Positions 41,612 through 54,933 of a stretch of DNA of 64,000 bases are shown here, piece by piece. Numbering within the stretch: the first letter of the stretch is position 1; each line of letters starts with the position of its first letter. The notes under the pieces were generated by a model that saw nothing but the letters and a program-made list of their open reading frames with translations, was not told where the DNA came from and did no database searches. Source of the stretch: Chrysomallon squamiferum (taxonomy: Eukaryota > Animalia > Mollusca). The translations under genes and the position numbers were made by a program. The stretch covers positions 32,736,001-32,800,000 of the forward strand of contig CM022672.1 in the NCBI GenBank assembly GCA_012295275.1. Direction: 5' to 3'.

Positions 41612-42238
41612 CTAACAGGATCCTTCAAGTTCCAAGACTGCTTCGAAAAGTGTTACTGCGTTTGGAAAATCAGAACCATCGTTTCTTTTCCGATTATCAA
41701 TGCACTTTTGAATAAGTTCAATAGAATATCCCATTTCCAAAACTGCCTGGATCGTTGGGTTGTAGACATAATTACTACTCGAGCTGTCACCACTTGCACT
41801 TGTTGCTTGAGTCACAACGCTATTCACAGATTTTACAAAACAGCTGTTGTCGGCTTTATCGGAACTCTTTTCAACAATATTCGTTTTGTTTTTCGAGTCC
41901 TTCTTTAATTCCTCAGCTTCAACCATTTTCCTTATTTCATCAATGTCCAGTTTGTCCGCGAATTCACAGTTCTTAGCCCATTCTTTGTGAACAACTGGCG
42001 GAAAATCATCGTCATCCCAGTCACGCAAAGTTAGTCCACAATGAAAACATCTTGCGCGATCGGCCGATCCTATGTAGAAAAATCCACAGTGAGCTAAAAT
42101 ACTCGGCTTCTGCAAGGGCGATAAGAGCGGCCATCCAACGAAGCTTTCCAACCTTTTCTCATAGCTCTCGTTCTCGCTGTATTTTGGAATACTACCAGAA
42201 CTACTGTAATGCCTTTGTAATTTTGGAAAGTCTCCCAT
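41612..42238 (-). CDS. Inhibitor of apoptosis (IAP/BIRC-like) protein, single BIR + UBA, no RING, intronless, 208 aa (second copy)
   Basis: Same BIR CX2CX16HX6C and UBA (MGY) motifs. Differs from copy A by 7 amino-acid substitutions and a 2-aa in-frame indel. AATAAA downstream. Confidence 0.93.
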   Translation of the reverse strand: MGDFPKLQRHYSSSGSIPKYSENESYEKRLESFVGWPLLSPLQKPSILAHCGFFYIGSADRARCFHCGLTLRDWDDDDFPPVVHKEWAKNCEFADKLDIDEIRKMVEAEELKKDSKNKTNIVEKSSDKADNSCFVKSVNSVVTQATSASGDSSSSNYVYNPTIQAVLEMGYSIELIQKCIDNRKRNDGSDFPNAVTLFEAVLELEGSC

Positions 42239-42695
42239 CTTTCACTTACAATTTCAGCTTCATGTAGTCCGGTGGCAGGGACCGATAAGCGTGCATTGCG
42301 GTCCGTACAAAGTTTTGTTGCTGTTTCTATACCTCCGAGATGTGCTCTTTAAGAATCTGAATGATGCCACTCTGTCATCCTTAGGCAATCCGCACAATAT
42401 GCAAATTAAGGCCGCCATTACTGAAAATCTTGTTTTCGTCAATATCTCAGTAACTATGCATGGTATCAAAATAATTTTGCTGTCTATACACGTTTTTAGG
42501 GATAAAGAATCAGATTAAACTATTACAGTATTGATCACACCAATATTTTCTGCAAAATATGCAAAAATCAACTTCAGTGTATATCCGAGTCGTTACAGAA
42601 CATCCTCTTTACTTATTTTGATGCATGTTTTATATATTTATTTATTGTCACAGGCACTGCCATGCAAAAAAAAAAAAAAATAATAATAATAATAA

Positions 42696-42748
<53 letters not shown>

Positions 42749-42917
42749 AGAAGAAATAAGAAAATAAGAAAATAAATAAATAAGAAATGAAAAAAGGTAA
42801 ATCTAAGGGGTTTTTTGGCTAAACGTTATTTACTGTCATCATTTCACATTGTTTTAGTTTAATTTTTATTTCTTTTGAAAAATCCAAGTTTATCAATTAT
42901 TTATTTATTTATTTATT

Positions 42918-42973
<56 letters not shown>

Positions 42974-45616
42974 CATATATAGTTCAGTTTTATTTGATTT
43001 GAATAACTAGAACTGAATTTTAAGCTATTTGTAGTTAATAAAGAATTTTGATTATTATTTTATAAACAATAAAAATCTTTTTTAATTTTTTTTTATTTTA
43101 AATATTTTTTATTTAAAACAAAATGAAATCAATCAAATTTTTTTGTGAAACAAAATGAAACACACAAATACACACACACACACACACATACACACATATA
43201 TATTATTTAAATGAAGTAACTTAAACAAATAATTAGTTTGTTTTTGGCATGATGGATCCTATTAAAGGCAATAAACAGCTGTCACCCACGATGATGTTCT
43301 GTATCATAATGTAGATAGTCATTTCTACATTCAACAATTTTACTGTCAGTGAAGGTAAACATTTCACAAGACATTCTCTCTGGAAGTCTGTGAAAGTTCA
43401 ATGCATTTCCTTTAGAATTTGTGCAAGAAAAACTCAATAGTTAAAAATAAAAAAAATAAATGAATAAAAAATAAATGAATAAGATAATTTGTCATTTAAA
43501 TTTTTTATTTTTTTTTGCTGCCGAGTTGTTTTGTTTAACTGACATTTGAAAGAACAAGGGACAAACATTTGTTTCAGAATGTTTATTTTTTAAATAAATT
43601 TTGCTGCTTCCTGAAGAGAATCAGTTTTGTCTCAGATCATCAGCAGAAAAATTCAAATATGTGTACAAATTAAATGAACTGTGATTTGTTGAGAATATAA
43701 TAAATTATGTAATATTTGTATCATGTTATTTTTTTTCTATTTTCAATTATGTAAGCTTTGCTATACATTTTGTCACCCATATCAAGACACTTTGTAATAA
43801 AAGTAAATAAATACTGTTTGTATTACTTTTTTTCTAATACCTTGAACCTCAAAGGCCATTTGTGCAAATGATAGTTATGTCAACCTAGATTTAACTTAAT
43901 TCCTCTTTTTTTAAATTCATTATTATTATTTTTTTTTTAAAGAAAAAACAAAATAATAATAATAATAAAATATCTTATTCAGTGTATTCAATAACTTATT
44001 TAAATACACAATCTATCAGATTTAAGCAACATCCTTCTTCAGATTTTGTCTAAAATTACAACTATCAATGTGATATTTAATACCAACAATTAATGTCGGG
44101 CCTCCAGTTGTGTTCTTAAATAATATTAACAATTTGTAATAAAAGTAAATAAATACCAGTTCTATAATAAAAAATAAAAAAAAATAATAATAAATAAATA
44201 AATAAATAGGAGAAAAAAGAGCCATTCTGTAATAAAATTTGATTTCCATTTAGTGATATGTAGTAATATATTAAAGTTTGCAACAGACATGGTATTTGAT
44301 ATACTGGAGTGGAGTTCAGATGATCTGATGAACTTGGTTTCCATGATCAAACCTCCTCAGTGGACCTGATTACTGATGTAACACAACAAAGTAAAGTCTC
44401 TGAAACACCAACCCCCTCAAAATTGTGCACCCAATAATTTAGAATGTATGTCATGTCACCAAACTGTAATCAGGTACATCAATGAAGTTCCATTGTAAGA
44501 AACAAATAGAACAAGTGAGGTAACTCCTATCCCAGTGTATCAGAATTGGTCTATTTGCACATGCATAATGCACACCTTAATATATTAATTCAGAGTGGTC
44601 TACTTTGATTATAAAATGATAAGAAAATAACACAGAAATTTGTTTTAAAACCATTTATTTTGACATACTTTTGCATGAATATATAGTTTAAATAGTTGAA
44701 ATACAGAATTTATATTTAATAAATGGAATATAAACTTATTTCTGTAAAGTTATCAGTGAAGTTTTAACTTTATATTTACATGGAAAATACTGCATCATAA
44801 AAATATGAGTAAAACAATTTCTGTCATGAAAAACGTATGGATTGGTTGTTTTCTTTTTTCTTTTATGTATGTAATAGGTATAAAATAATATTCAATATTA
44901 TTATTATTATTATTATTAAGAAAGTTCCCTCTAACCTTTTGTCTTGTCCCTCAGCAAATAAATTTATTTTATTTTAAACAGTCCTTTGATGAATGTAAAT
45001 ACAATAACACAAGGGTATGAAAACAACATGTAGTTAAATCAGAAAGTAATAAAATCAGTTATTTTTGGTGATTACAATCAAGAGGATCATTTTTGTTTCA
45101 GTCCATTCCAGTTAGACTCTCAACTTAGATTATGTAAATGTTATTAGAATTGAATTCTGAAGAAACATATAACACAAGGCCTCAATAAACTTTTTGAACA
45201 CAGAAATTGTCTGACAGTGTTAATAATGAGGTGATCTGGAATGCATAATGATCTTCAATTTACTGCTACACAGACTGAACAGTCACAATCTGAAATAAAC
45301 GACAATTTCAAAAATTAAAATACTTTTATATATATTCATACCTTATCATACCTTAAAGTATCTGCAAACTGAAAAACTCAACACATCATCACAACAAACT
45401 TTTGATTCTTTAAGCAGTTTACAATGTCCAAAATGTGTTCCAGAAAACCCCAAGAAAAAAACCATAAAGAACATAATCAAAATCCCACCTCAAAAACCCC
45501 TAAATTAAACAAAAACTAAACAACAACAAAATAATAGAAATAAGAATTTATTCAAAAACAAATAAGTCTAAGAAACAAAATAATAATTAAGTTCATTTTA
45601 AAGAACTCAAATCAAA

Positions 45617-45651
<35 letters not shown>

Positions 45652-47791
45652 ACCAAAATGGCTTCTCATTTGAGGTTATTGTATTCAGAAATTTTTTTAC
45701 CATTGGTGTAAATTTAAACAGTTCCAAAATATAACTGATCATTTCTGGTCATTCTCATCCTAGCTTACTCAGTTTAACATGTAATGCAATGCTTTTCGAA
45801 CAGAATTATGAAACAAAGCAGAGAATAATTTGGATACTTGTAACCTACTTACAAATGTTTCATGTTATTCAAAATAAATAATAATTAAAATCAAGGTGGT
45901 TGGTCATTTGTTGTCACTATTTCAGGTATATCCTTCATCGACCTTAAAGAATTTCAGATAAAATGCAAAGTGCTTTGAATTGCTTTAGGAAATGGTTACA
46001 ACCTCTATTGATGATTTAGTAGACAAAAATGTATAAAGTATAATGCAAGATGCTCTTAATTTCAGATTATTTGAAATTCATCTAATTATAAACTTCCAGA
46101 AAAACAATGAATCTAATCAATGGGTACTTTAATACGTTTGTTAAATTGTAAAATTATGCCTTTGTTACTAATAATTAGCTAATTGCACAGACCTGTTTAT
46201 ATTTTAAATTTTCTCTAAATGTATCAGCAAACAGGCTGTAATTTTATGCTTGTTATTTGCATACATGGTTATAACAATATTAAAGACATTGAAAAATTAA
46301 TATTTATTAGTATCATCATTTATATTTAAGCAGAATGTTGTATTTAACATCTCTCTCTCGTTTTAAATCTTGTTTATGCATAATGATGAAATGAAAAAGG
46401 AAACCTGTTTCAGCCACTCCATATTTACCTTTAATGACTGTAAAAGATGTTTTATATAAACCTTGACATAAACAGAAAAACTCTTATCACAACTTTTATC
46501 ATTTGTTTAAGTTTTGAAACAAAGTAATAAAACAAGACTTTTTCATTATTCTTGTAATTGCTATTAATGGGTGAAAAGCTAAAACATGAAAACAAAACTT
46601 TTTAGGATTACTGTTTTGCTATGCACTTGATTTTGACTAATGTAGAACAGAGCCTTTATTTACCATTTCAAATCAGAATGAGTTATGATGGGCAGTAGTA
46701 CCAGTATGTGTATTACTGTTAAATGAAAGATGTATTACAAATGAGATTGTGCTGCTAGTGGATAAGTGAAATGGGTTTTCTCTGTGTCAGCAACAACACA
46801 AATATATATAATCACAGAGTTTTGCTTCTTTTAAAGGTGTTATTTGCTTGGTGTGGTTTCATTTTTGTTGTTTTCTGTGTATGTCCTTTGTTGTTGGTTT
46901 TTTTTTTTTTTTTTTTGTTGTTGTTTTTTTATTTCTTCTAGCTTGACTAAACAACAAAAACATTTATGAAATGGTTTAATACACTTTTTTTGTTTGTTTG
47001 TTTTTAAATATTTAATTTTCTTTATTTATTTTATTTATTTTCCTTATTTTTTATTTATTTATTTATTCGTTTATTTATTATCTTTCTTTTTACTGATTTT
47101 CTTATAATATATTACTATTTGAGTTTATTATTTCTATACAATATTTATATATGAAAATATTCTGAAGAATATTTATTTATTTTTAATGCTTCTATACAAT
47201 TTTGTTTTAATAGTTTTAACTGTTAAATGAAAGAGTACACAGTTACCATAATTATTTATGAAACTATATTTTAAAGAGAAGGCAGGATATTCTATACGGA
47301 CTGGTTGGATTTGAAACAAAATTATTTCCTGTTGATCAGAAATATTTGTTTATAAGATATGAAGAAATTTGAATTTAAAAATCTCTTTTAAATAAATCAG
47401 ATAAAAAATGGTTCATAAAAAATGGTTCATTAAAAAATGGTAAGTAATTTCTTTCTAATTTATTGAAACAATAGCATTAATTGCAACTTTATAAACAATG
47501 CTTTGAGAAAAATTACAATCCAGTCATGCATAAACATTTTACAGTGCAGTCATTTTCTTCACGTGTTTAGGAAATCTGTAGAAATTAAAATTGCAATATG
47601 TGTGTGGGTGTGTGTGCTACTTTGGCATGTGATCTACAACTTAAAGGGCGATCTACAGCAAAGAAATATATATATAGAAAATTTCTATAATATAAATGGA
47701 AGATCTTAAAATCCTTAAAGATTAATGCATGATACATCTATAAGAACATCATATCCAGGGAAGCTTCATTTATGTGTACATATTCGATTTT

Positions 47792-48067
47792 TTATTCATT
47801 CCGACGAATAGCCAGAATACTCCAATTTAAATAATCTAAATTTCTAATACTCAAATAATTCAAAGAACCTGGACGGATTTGAAAATTGTATTTTGAAAAA
47901 GATGAGAGGCGTGAACCAAAGAATCTTCCAATCACACCCTGATTATTTATGTTGGCTGCAGATGAGGAAGAATGCTGAAGATGTTTTTCTTGCGTTTCTA
48001 GCAGATGTTTGTTTAATTCATCGATAAAATTATTCAAATAATAAGTATTCTTTTTAGCCCTTGTTCC
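47792..48067 (-). other. Exon-like ~90-codon open segment inside the MITE-like inverted repeat; product unknown
   Basis: Acceptor ttgttatttatag|GAACAAGG, then TRAKKNTYYLNNFIDELNKHLLETQ...WSILAIRRNE*. Copy A is frameshifted by a 17-nt deletion. Confidence 0.25.
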
Positions 48068-49007
48068 TATAAATAACAAATATACAAAAAAAGAAAAATA
48101 TATGCCGTTTAATTTATGCCGTGAAAAATAATAATAAAAAAAACGAAAATAACAAAATAATAATTAAAATAAGCGTGTAGATGACACATCTAAGTAAAAT
48201 TTGCAGGGTGTAGATCACACGCTAAATAGCACTGTTAATTAAAGTGATCAAGTGTAATATCTGCCTTGAAAATTATAAAATGTTTAATTTCACCTGTAAT
48301 TCATTATCTGGTAATAAAGATAACATATAGAAATTTGTGATTCACGTGTGTTTTTTAATTCACTGTTGCCGTTTCAATGTAACATGTAAACTATCTTGTA
48401 AAACTTGACTTAACTATTAAACGTCCCATATTTCATTTTCCTACGTGTTATAATACAGCTTTAGTAATCACATAAATATCACATGTAGCAGTGAATGAAA
48501 TGTGCAGTACTTGTATATTTATATCACATTAACATATTTCTACGACTTTTTTCATTTATTACTTTTCGGATCCACCGACTTAAATTCTATCATCTACGAA
48601 AATAAAAAGAATTGAGATTTAGTTATTTTTAATCTTATTTTTTCTTGTCAATTTATATGTAGACAATGTACCTACATCTCGAAAATAATTTTTTGCATCA
48701 GTTATGTTGCCGTCGTCCATATTGTGAAATTAATTTCCGTTTAGTTTGCAATTCAATTTATACGCGAAATTTGTACGCGAAGGAAAACTCCAGCAGCATA
48801 ACGCTGTTCAAACATTGGGTTGAATACGTCTGTTATTGGAACCATGTCTGAACTGGCACAGTTTTCGTTCAGTTTGTCGAAGTCATTCCACATACTTAGG
48901 CATTTCTTGTTGATGTGGCAATCGTTCTTGACCGAGTCTAACTTGTCTGACAGTCTCGAGGAAACGCCATATGTTATCAGAAAATAGCTGCTTCAAATCG
49001 TCTAGAT

Positions 49008-50196
49008 CAGGGGCAGGCAAACATTTTAAAACATGGGCTGCATGGATCTTACAGGAAGAGCACGAGGGCCAGAATATGAAATGAGAACAAAATAGATTTC
49101 AAAACGTGTATTTTATGTAAACAGTAAATTCACTTTTAACGAATTTTAGAAGAGTTAATGAGATGGGTGGTGTTGCATACCACGAAGCTCAATTGATGAG
49201 GTGGACAAGAGAAGAATGTCATTTAGATGGCAGTCAGAGAGTTGCGAGCGGAGGTGATACTTTGTATATTGCATTTTCGAGATCAGTTGTTCACAACCAA
49301 ATGTACTTCTGAAGATAGCTACAATGCGCTGAACATGTTTAATAAATTGTGGAAATTTGCCAGATGGAAGGAGACATCATGAAAGAAGGAAAGAGGAAAA
49401 GAAGTGCGCAACTTATCTTTTAATTCATCATTGCATCATATCTACCAACTCAATCTGCAAGGAAGCTGTAGAATCTTCCACTGGGATTTCAAAAGGGGTC
49501 CTGAACAATTTGAAATCTGCAGATAGTGGTCGGATACCCCCAAAACGGGAGACAAATTCTTTCCGCAGTGAACTGATGACTGCAGCACAAGTCAATATCT
49601 GGAAATGAACAAGCAGCAAGACGAGGAAAATGCTGAAACTGACAATTAGACAACTGGGATTCCCACAAGCGTAGTTTAACTTCAAATGCTGTGAGTACAT
49701 ACATCTCTGGAACAAGAATGACCTTACCTTGCAAACTGATATTGAGCATTTTGAGGTATGTGGTGATATCCATGAGAAAAGCCAAGCAGGCAGCCATTTT
49801 GAGTCTACACGAGACAGCATGGCATGATTGCGGATATGATTTAATAATAGATAGTAAAAAGCAAAAATGCAAAAACCAGTTCTGTTTGTGACAGCAAGAA
49901 GTTAGCGTGGTTCAATTCGCCCGCGTGTGTAACTGACACATCGTTATAGTTTGCATATTTTGAAGCAAGCGGTCATTTAAAATTCGGTTACGGGCACTAT
50001 TGATTCGACGAGCACCTTCAAGACGCCTTAAATTTTAAACCTCAGAGCGACTTGAATAAAAAAAATATAGCTATGTCAACTGATTTATTTCATTGACTTT
50101 TATTTTGCTGTCTCGCGGGCCGGATGGCAATGTTAATTGTGAACACTTTGGCGGGCAAGCCAATAAACCTTCGCGGGCCAAAGTTTGCCGCCCCTG
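49008..50196 (-). mobile_element. hAT-Charlie transposon, copy B, with ~0.87-kb internal deletion
   Basis: TIRs CAGGGGCAGGCAAAC / GTTTGCCGCCCCTG, TSD gtctagat / gtctagaa. Junction near 49823-49850 joins copy-A positions ~11928 and ~12787. Confidence 0.93.
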
Positions 50197-51020
50197 GTCT
50201 AGAAAAATAAATTAATTAATTAATTATTAAATAAAGGAAAATAAATGCCCTTTAAAAAATTTATTTCTGTTACAGGTAAATAAAATTTAATATATTTCTT
50301 GCTTTCGTAAATTGCCCCACTTTCTATATTTCACTCATTAGTGTGTGTGTGTCTGCGTGCGTGTGTGTGACTATAAAAGCGCTTCTGAAATTTGAATTTA
50401 CCGCCGCCAAATTCGATAATTATGCTGATTTCCGGAATTGAGAGTTATCGGTCTCTATTCGACACAACCACACACATTATTAAGGCATTATAAAGATAAT
50501 GTTGTTGAAATACGAAAATGTTATCACCAAAAAAAAACCCAGAAAAATACATCGGCTTCCTATGAAAATAGATTATCATTTTTTTTCAAACTCATTTTAT
50601 TCTGTATTCTACAACAATGATAACGAGGAACTGGTAAAATTGTCAACGGTGTAAGGGAAATAACTCTAATAAGGCTTCGTCGAACACGTGACGGGCACCT
50701 TTTTTTTCCGCCATATTTAAATAAATGCGATTATTTTGTTGTAAATGTTTATTTCTGTATTTTAAAACAAAGGAATGAGTATTTTAAAGTGTTTCACTTT
50801 TGTGTTACATAGGAAACAGTGTACTGTAGTTTCTATTGTCTGCAGTCTCTCAGTTTTCATGGTTAGTTTAATAAACAACTTTTGTAAATAAAATAATGAA
50901 TCAGTTGGTAACTTTGAAATTTAGCATATATTAAATTTATTAATGTTTATAGTTAGATGTGTTGTTATTGTTTTTGTAATTTTATATTTCATAATCAACA
51001 AAATCGCAAACTGTATAGAA

Positions 51021-51110
<90 letters not shown>

Positions 51111-54100
51111 ATCCACAGTCGTATATCCTAATCATTTTTTTTTCCTGTATTTTTAGATATTAACTGCCTCGTTGTTATTTATTTTTTCTTCAGCTATATG
51201 TTTGAAAGATGGGTTAAGAATACCTAATTCTTTATATAATCTTTGCCTCATCAAAACATTCCCATCAATTTTTCCACTTCAATACAAGGACTTCCTGTGC
51301 ACATGAGGTAGAATACGAGAAAAACTCTTAGTCTTTCCTGCAGAGCAGTTCTTCTGGATAGAAATTATAAAACTGGTATGAAAAACACACTCATTAACTT
51401 TTCTGTTTAACTATCTACTTACATTCTTCTCAGTTTTGGTATTGGTAAAATATTCTCAATACAGAGTAAGAAAAGCAGATTAGTGCAAGGATAGTCTACA
51501 ATAACAAGTAAATTAATTGTGGTATACAAATAGCAGGATAATTTAGTTCACTTCCATGTTTCCTTATATCCATTTGCATTGTTTCATTTTTTGTTAGTTT
51601 ATATTTGTAGTAAGAGTAATAAAAACCATTTCTTGTTTCGTTTTCAACTCCCAGAATGCAGTTCACTTTATTTTGTTTTTATTTCAAATTTTAAAAATTA
51701 ATTTTGCCATTTCATAGTTTTCACTATAATTTGATGATTCTAAGAATTTTAGTATATTTGTAATTTAGAAATTAAAAAAATATATATATATATATCAGGA
51801 TAAAACATTAGTGATTAATATATGTATTTGTCAGAAAGAGAACTATTTTGTATATCTACAAATAAATGCTTGTTTTTCAGAAACTACTCAGTACACAAGA
51901 AGAGGTAATTCTGTGAGCTCACCACAGGAGGGAAATGTCATCAAAGACTCTGTACTAGCCTGGCAGGAACAGAAGCATCTACAGAGGTTGTCGTTGTTCT
52001 TACAGTAATAGCAGTAGTAGTAGTAAACTCATTTTTGTAGTGTTGTTGTTAGAGTATTAGTACTTAATAATAATCATTCTTGTTTGTAGTAATAGGTAAT
52101 ATTTTAGCTGATGATGCTTTGTGATCATAATGTATCTTTTGTGACTCACAGTCATAAAAATACTAGCTGTAGTCATAGTACTAGTTGTAGTAGTAGTAGC
52201 AGTACTAATAGTAGTTTTATTGTTGCAATAGTAGTAGCAATTGAGGGAGTTTGAGTATATAACAGTTACATGAGAAATTATTATAAAAGTCAAATGAAAA
52301 GTAGGTGTAGAAATAGGAACAATAGTAGTTGTAGTAGTAGTAGTAGTAGTTAGTTGTTGTTGTTGTTGTTTTTGTTGTAGTAGTTATAACGATAATAGTA
52401 TAAAAAATATATTTGTTAGCTGAATAGGGGAAAAGAAAGAAAAATGATTAATACTTTATTTACTATTTTATTCATTTGTTTGTTTGTTTATTTACTTAAT
52501 ATTTTTATTCAGTATTTTATTTATTTATTTATTTATTCAATGATTTATTGATTTATTAATTTACACAGACAAGACAGTGCTCTCACCAATCAGATTCAGA
52601 CCAGTGTGTTCTTCACTCTCTTGTCCAACATCAGATTCGACTCAGTCTTCTCACACATCACATGTCACAGCTTATGGATTTCCTGACTCATACAGCAGAG
52701 TGGGACCAATGCAGTATCAGTGACTATAACACTTGCTGTCTTATTGCAGTGCTGCAGTCAGGAATTGTTTTCCCAGTCTACACATCATACTGTGACATAT
52801 GAAATATGAGGTGTTGATGTTCAGAAAATATTTTTTGGTTCACCCAGTACATCAATGTGTGTCTCTTAGGCTGATATTTTCACTTCTATTTTGACAGCGT
52901 AAAGAAAACATCCTGACAGACTGAGTAAATGCTTATATCTCTTATTGACTAGATAAAATGGGTGAAATCTGTTTTGTTTTTCAATTTTTAAATAAAATAA
53001 ATAAATATATGTAATCAAATTTATTTACTTTTCTTAAAATAAACTGTCTAAACTAGTCTGTGATTTTTTTCTCTCTGTGTTAGTCATTTCATGCACTCAC
53101 CCTGGATCAGAAAATTCAAATAATTTTGTACAGCTACTAATATATAAGAATTTGTAATGTTTATTAAGTTTCTAATCTACCAAAACTAAATAAAAATATT
53201 CCTCATCTTAGGATGTTTGATAATGTTAGCTAAAAATATTAAATTATCGGAACTACTTTTTCATCAAAAAACCCCATAATTTTAGAAATTATTACATAAA
53301 ATTCCTTACATAAAAATTTAGAAAAGCATGATATAAAATATTTTTGAACTTTTAAATTAAAAATGTTTTAAAACATTTGATCAGGTTTTAAAGATGAGAG
53401 CCAAAAGTGCTGTAAAATATAAAAATACCAAGATTTCTGATCTATCCAACAAAAGTATAATAATAAAATATACAAAATGAAATAAAAAATAACCAGGATA
53501 TTTGTTTACAAAAAAGTTAAAAGCTCAATAAATAACTTGTAATCTGAAAATTATTTATTCAGAAAATTTCTAATTTCTGATTTTATCTTCTAAAACACAC
53601 AAAATTATATACTTCCATTTTATGTTTTCTTACTATACCTTTATTTAACAGAAAAATGAAATTATCTCCCCTGGACCAAACAACTTTATATAAAATCTGT
53701 ACTTTCTTTTTACAAAGCAGTAATCAAGTATTTCTAACAAATTATTTTAAAAAATAAGTCTTTTTTTCACAGACCTGACTGAACTTGGTGCTGTATTGGG
53801 TCCAAACATTATGTATATTGGTCTATATGTAACTATATCTTGTATGAACAACATTGTGACTTCCAATCTGAAATCACAGTTTCACAGTTTTATAAATTAT
53901 TCACTAAGTGTAGTCCATGACTCACACAAGTAATGTTTTTAAACTTTTGTTTGGTGTGGATTTTTCTACAAGTTCTCAGTATTCTCCAGGCATTTGGCTT
54001 CTTTTTATTTTTGTGTGGACATGTTTCATCTTCTACAATTTCTTCTGCTTGCTTAATTCAGTGTGATCAGAAAACTTGAAAAACTTGGAGGCAAACTCAA

Positions 54101-54933
54101 GAAGCCATTTAGAATGAACAGATGATTATCATTAACACTTCTCATTATAAACCTGAAAATTTAAAAAAAAAAAATGTGTTTTTATTCAAACTAAAATAAT
54201 ATTCAGAAGTCTATAAACAGTATTAATATGTCCTGGTTATAAAAGTCTACCTCTGAATTTGTATTATACAATTTGACTTGAATAACGAAGACTAGATAAA
54301 ATTCAAATCTGATGTTTTGTGACTTCATAGTAGAGTTGAGATGAGAAGTAACAGATTGTAGTATCAATCTTGATTTGTGCAGTCTGTTACTCATTTATTA
54401 AACAATGTACACTGAAAACTGAACATAAAAATAGCTGACTTAATTAACAGTGAAAATGCAGAGGGTTTTTCTCTCACACTGTCATTATCAAAAATAATTA
54501 AAAACTATCATCTGAAACAGATCATTTAAAATTATATTTCACACTTCGTAGTTATTGAAAGGCTGAGGAAAAGTTTATTAAAAATTGTGAGAGATACTTT
54601 TACATTAATTTACCAGTCAAGCAGACAGTTAAACTAACATGATGTGAAGAATCTGTTGTAAATATATTTCTGTACTCTGTGTACAACACCAGCTTGTGTC
54701 CAAAAAATCAGACATGAGATTCATACATTTAAAAAAACAAATGTCAGTAATAGTATTACAAATGTAATGTACATACACTTTACTTACCAATCACTCAGTC
54801 TGTTAAAACAGCACTGATGTAAAACATCTGATTGTCTGTAACTCTCCTGTGATTTCTTTTCTCTAAGAATCTGATGTAAATAGATTTCTGTACTCTGTGG
54901 TGATTCTGACATAACATCCACCTTGTTTCTGAA

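Noticed and set aside
3775-42238. Endogenous virus or Polinton as the source of the IAP
   Set aside because: No polymerase, capsid, ATPase or integrase ORFs, and coding density is very low.
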